In this document: positions 32,113 to 34,677 of the stretch, one piece after another
Layout of the letters: every line of letters begins with the position of its first letter
Numbering within the stretch: position 1 is the stretch's first letter
NCBI RefSeq assembly: GCF_004010195.1
Contig: NC_057749.1
Span: 14,852,390-14,887,066 of the forward strand
Length of the DNA stretch: 34,677 nucleotides
DNA from: Chiloscyllium plagiosum
Lineage: Eukaryota
Direction of reading: 5' to 3'
Translations under genes and position numbers: made by a program
The notes under the pieces: model-generated
The model's input: only the letters and a program-made list of their open reading frames with translations
The model's database searches: none
Told to the model about the DNA's origin: nothing

Positions 32113-33607
32113 AATCAAAATAAATTTTAATGGGGAACCCAGGAATGTCAGGAACAGAGCAGTAATCTCCTGGAATTTAATTTCCTTCCCTGACAACTGA
32201 TCTGATGTAGTTAGAGGTTGCTGTCTGATTGAGGGACGCTCAATGAATGGGTTGACATATCTCTGAAGCTGTTTTTATTACATGTCAATTGTTCTGACAT
32301 GTTGAAGGCAATTTATCTTGAGTGCAGCATATTTTAAATTCCAGCTGTTGTGGGAGCACCTCCAGGACTCACCCAGTAACTATGCCTCTGACAAGATAGG
32401 GATTGCAAAAGTTTGGAATCAACTCCTCAGTCAGGTCTGACGCGATTGGGCACTTCACCCTAGCATCATAGGTTTGGGGCACACCTTCCATGGTCTCAAT
32501 TACTAAAGGAGCCCAATAATAATTCTCATACGCCATCCCCCCCTCCCTCTCTCTCTCTCTCTCTCACCTCTGCCAATGCTCTCTGAGATCTCTGTGCTCC
32601 TCCGACTCTGTCCTGCTCTGCGTCTCCCTTACCCTCACACTCACATTATTTCAGATTTCCAACATCTGCAATTACTCGCTTGTAACTTTCACTACTTCTG
32701 GATGTCAGTCTCTCCAGGTTCCAATTTCTGCAATTCACTCCCTCAACCTCTCCAGCTCTCATTCTCCCTCCAATTCTGAGAGATCCCATCGATTGCCAGA
32801 CTCAGAAACACCGAAAATAAATTAAGACCTGTGAATGAATATTCCATTTACAGACCATAAGACAAACGAAGAGGGGCTTAATATTGCAAGAGCCAAAAAA
32901 GAACTCCAATACAGTGACATCCAAGAAAGAAAATCTCAGTATTTCAATGAGTGGTTCAGTTGCAGAGATCTCTCTTAAAGGGAAAGTGGAAGACAGATTA
33001 AGTAGCTGGCTGGAGGATGTCACTGAGCGTTTGTAGATGAGTTACGGAGAATGTGAGAGGATGGCACAGGACAGACCAGAGTGACACACCATGACAGCAG
33101 ATTCCCTGGAGGGAATGATTACAACCTGCAGCAGGAGACGTCTTGGTCAGATTTTAAGCAGACAACCAGATTTCAAAAGCCACTGAGCTTCCAGGTTTCT
33201 GAGGCGCACAGGACAGTGGGCAGACTCTCACTAAGGGGAGGGTCGGTGTGCAAAATGTCAAGCTGTTGAGTTCGCTCCGTCTGCACAGCACTAAAAGGTC
33301 TCGGGGTGTTCAGAAGAGAATAACAAGACAGGAATTGCCCATCACACATGTCAGATAGACAGGAGCGTGTCTTAAAGGATGAGAGCAGGGTGGAGAGAGG
33401 GAGTTCCAGAGCACAGAGCATAGTTACTAGTCATGATAATGGATGGATGGCAAGATATAGAGCAGGCCAGAGTCAGAGAAGCACTGAGATTCTGCACAGG
33501 GCTGGAGGAGGTTAGAAACCGGGACAGAGAGCAGCACACAAGGACAACTCAGGATTATTCGCAATGTGACTGGCATTTTCAGGTTAGGAGACTTAAACTC
33601 CAATCTG

Positions 33608-33703
33608 AAGGGGAAAGTGAGGGCTGCAGATGCTGGAGATCAGAGCTCTGCTCCTCGGATGCTGCCTGACCTGCTGTGCATTTCCAGCTCCACACTCTCG
33701 ACT
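33608..33703. mobile_element. 96-bp Penelope-derived mini-element with exact 15-bp target-site duplication
   Basis: ttaaactccaatctg at 33593-33607 and 33704-33718; body aaagtgagggctgcagatgctggagatcagag / ctcctcggatgctgcctgacctgctgtgc. Confidence 0.85.
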
Positions 33704-33877
33704 TTAAACTCCAATCTGTCTGCATAAGCAGATCCCAAAACCACATGATTTCACGCCAGCTCTGTCAGGCACACTGACACCACAGAATGATCCCAATTCT
33801 GACCTTTGACCTGTGCTGGATTGATTGACCCCAAAGTTGGAGAAGCCCTGGAGGACACTGCGATCGGTCTCCCAGCA

Positions 33878-33880
<3 letters not shown>

Positions 33881-33912
<32 letters not shown>
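33881..33912. repeat. (GT)n microsatellite
   Basis: Direct read. Confidence 0.95.
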
Positions 33913-33916
<4 letters not shown>

Positions 33917-34152
33917 CAGAGAAAGTGTCAGTAGTGAGCAGGGGCAGGATTAGTGAAGCATTCCGCAGTTTGACAGCAGCTGATATGGAGCAGGATCCAT
34001 TGATCTTCTATCAGGGGACATCGGGCATCTTTGAGGGGCAAAGAGGGTTTGTATTTTTGTGTGTTGCCCCCTCGGTTGTTTTCTTCAGTTGGAGTGTTGC
34101 CTGCCCGACTGTTTGATTGGTGGAGTAAGCTCTCTGTGTTTCCGCCTCTCAG

Positions 34153-34324
34153 TTCAGTTCGATGGCGTCGACAAGAATTGGCCATCACCACCCAAGGAAG
34201 AGAAAGTCCGGCACCAGAACAGGCTTTCGGGATCCAACTTCAAATCTCTAAAACATCAAAGCCTGGAATTTAGTGGAGCGCTGGGGGAGAGAGTGGAGCC
34301 AAACCTGCCTCTCGGGAGTCAAAC
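34153..34324 (+). CDS. SHF: SH2 domain-containing adapter protein F, coding exon immediately upstream of the SH2 domain (phase 1-2)
   Basis: Acceptor tttccgcctctcag|, donor AC|gtgagt, 172 nt. Peptide (V)QFDGVDKNWPSPPKEEKVRHQNRLSGSNFKSLKHQSLEFSGALGERVEPNLPLGSQ aligns to remembered human SHF AQFEGPEK..REEKGR..RLSAGNPKSAK..LGEWTDPALPLENQ. Confidence 0.9.
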
Positions 34325-34418
34325 GTGAGTATTCGCTCATTCCATCATCGCCCATCAAACTCTCAAAGATTGCTTGGGCTGGTGTGGAGGGAGCTGGTCA
34401 GGCTGTAGCTTTGATAAG

Positions 34419-34677
34419 GTGTGTGTGTGTCTGTGTGTTTGTGCATGTGCGTGTGAGTGTGACTGTGTGTGTTTGTGTCTGTGTGACTATGTGTGTTTGT
34501 GCCTGTGTGACTGTATGTGTCTGTGACTGTGTGTGTTTGTGTCTGTGTCTGTGACTGTGTGTTTGTGCGTGTGGGTGTGAGTGTGACTGTGTGTCTGTGT
34601 CACTCTGTGTGTGTGTGCCTGTGTGTGTGACTGTGTGTTTGTGCATGTGCGTGTGGGTGTGACTGTGTGTCTGTATC
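34419..34677. repeat. Degenerate (TG)-rich tract
   Basis: Direct read. Confidence 0.9.

Larger units (their letters stand above)
15838..34152 (+). other. SHF: SHF intron (GT-AG, phase 1, ~18.3 kb); 1-15669 is the end of the preceding intron
   Basis: gtgggt...cctctcag; joining gives EDTS-V-QFDG versus human EDSS-A-QFEG. The upstream exon (YDQPWEWKK) was not found in the window. Confidence 0.8.

Noticed and set aside
32854..33035. Purine-rich stretch open in two frames after tttacag
   Set aside because: No recognisable homology and no donor before the stops; cannot be supported without RNA data.

Overview
Vertebrate genomic DNA, almost certainly from a cartilaginous fish. HE1-type V-SINEs, HER1/CR1 LINE fragments, Deu-domain SINEs and Penelope-like elements dominate; a bamboo or carpet shark is my inference. 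The whole window appears to lie inside one + strand gene, SHF (SH2 domain-containing adapter F), recognised from remembered human SHF sequence rather than a database search. Two coding exons are visible. 15670-15837 is a 168-nt phase 1-1 exon (VEIKVIKELPWPPPVGQLDS...SEDTS) with a His/Gln repeat. 34153-34324 (VQFDGVDK...GERVEPNLPLGSQ) is the exon just before the SH2 domain. The rest is intron and largely repeat-derived. The most distinctive non-coding theme is about ten short Penelope-derived insertions from several families: many fold back on themselves, many have 6-15 bp target-site duplications, and several carry minimal hammerhead-ribozyme cores. Also present are 33-bp and ~70-bp minisatellites, a phased CCAAT array, local duplications and a 19-N gap. 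I found no prokaryotic genes, CRISPR array, or true tRNA/rRNA genes. I cannot support a wholly new biological system here; the best leads are the ribozyme-bearing fold-back mini-elements and the regulated SHF cassette exon. Repeat boundaries are approximate.
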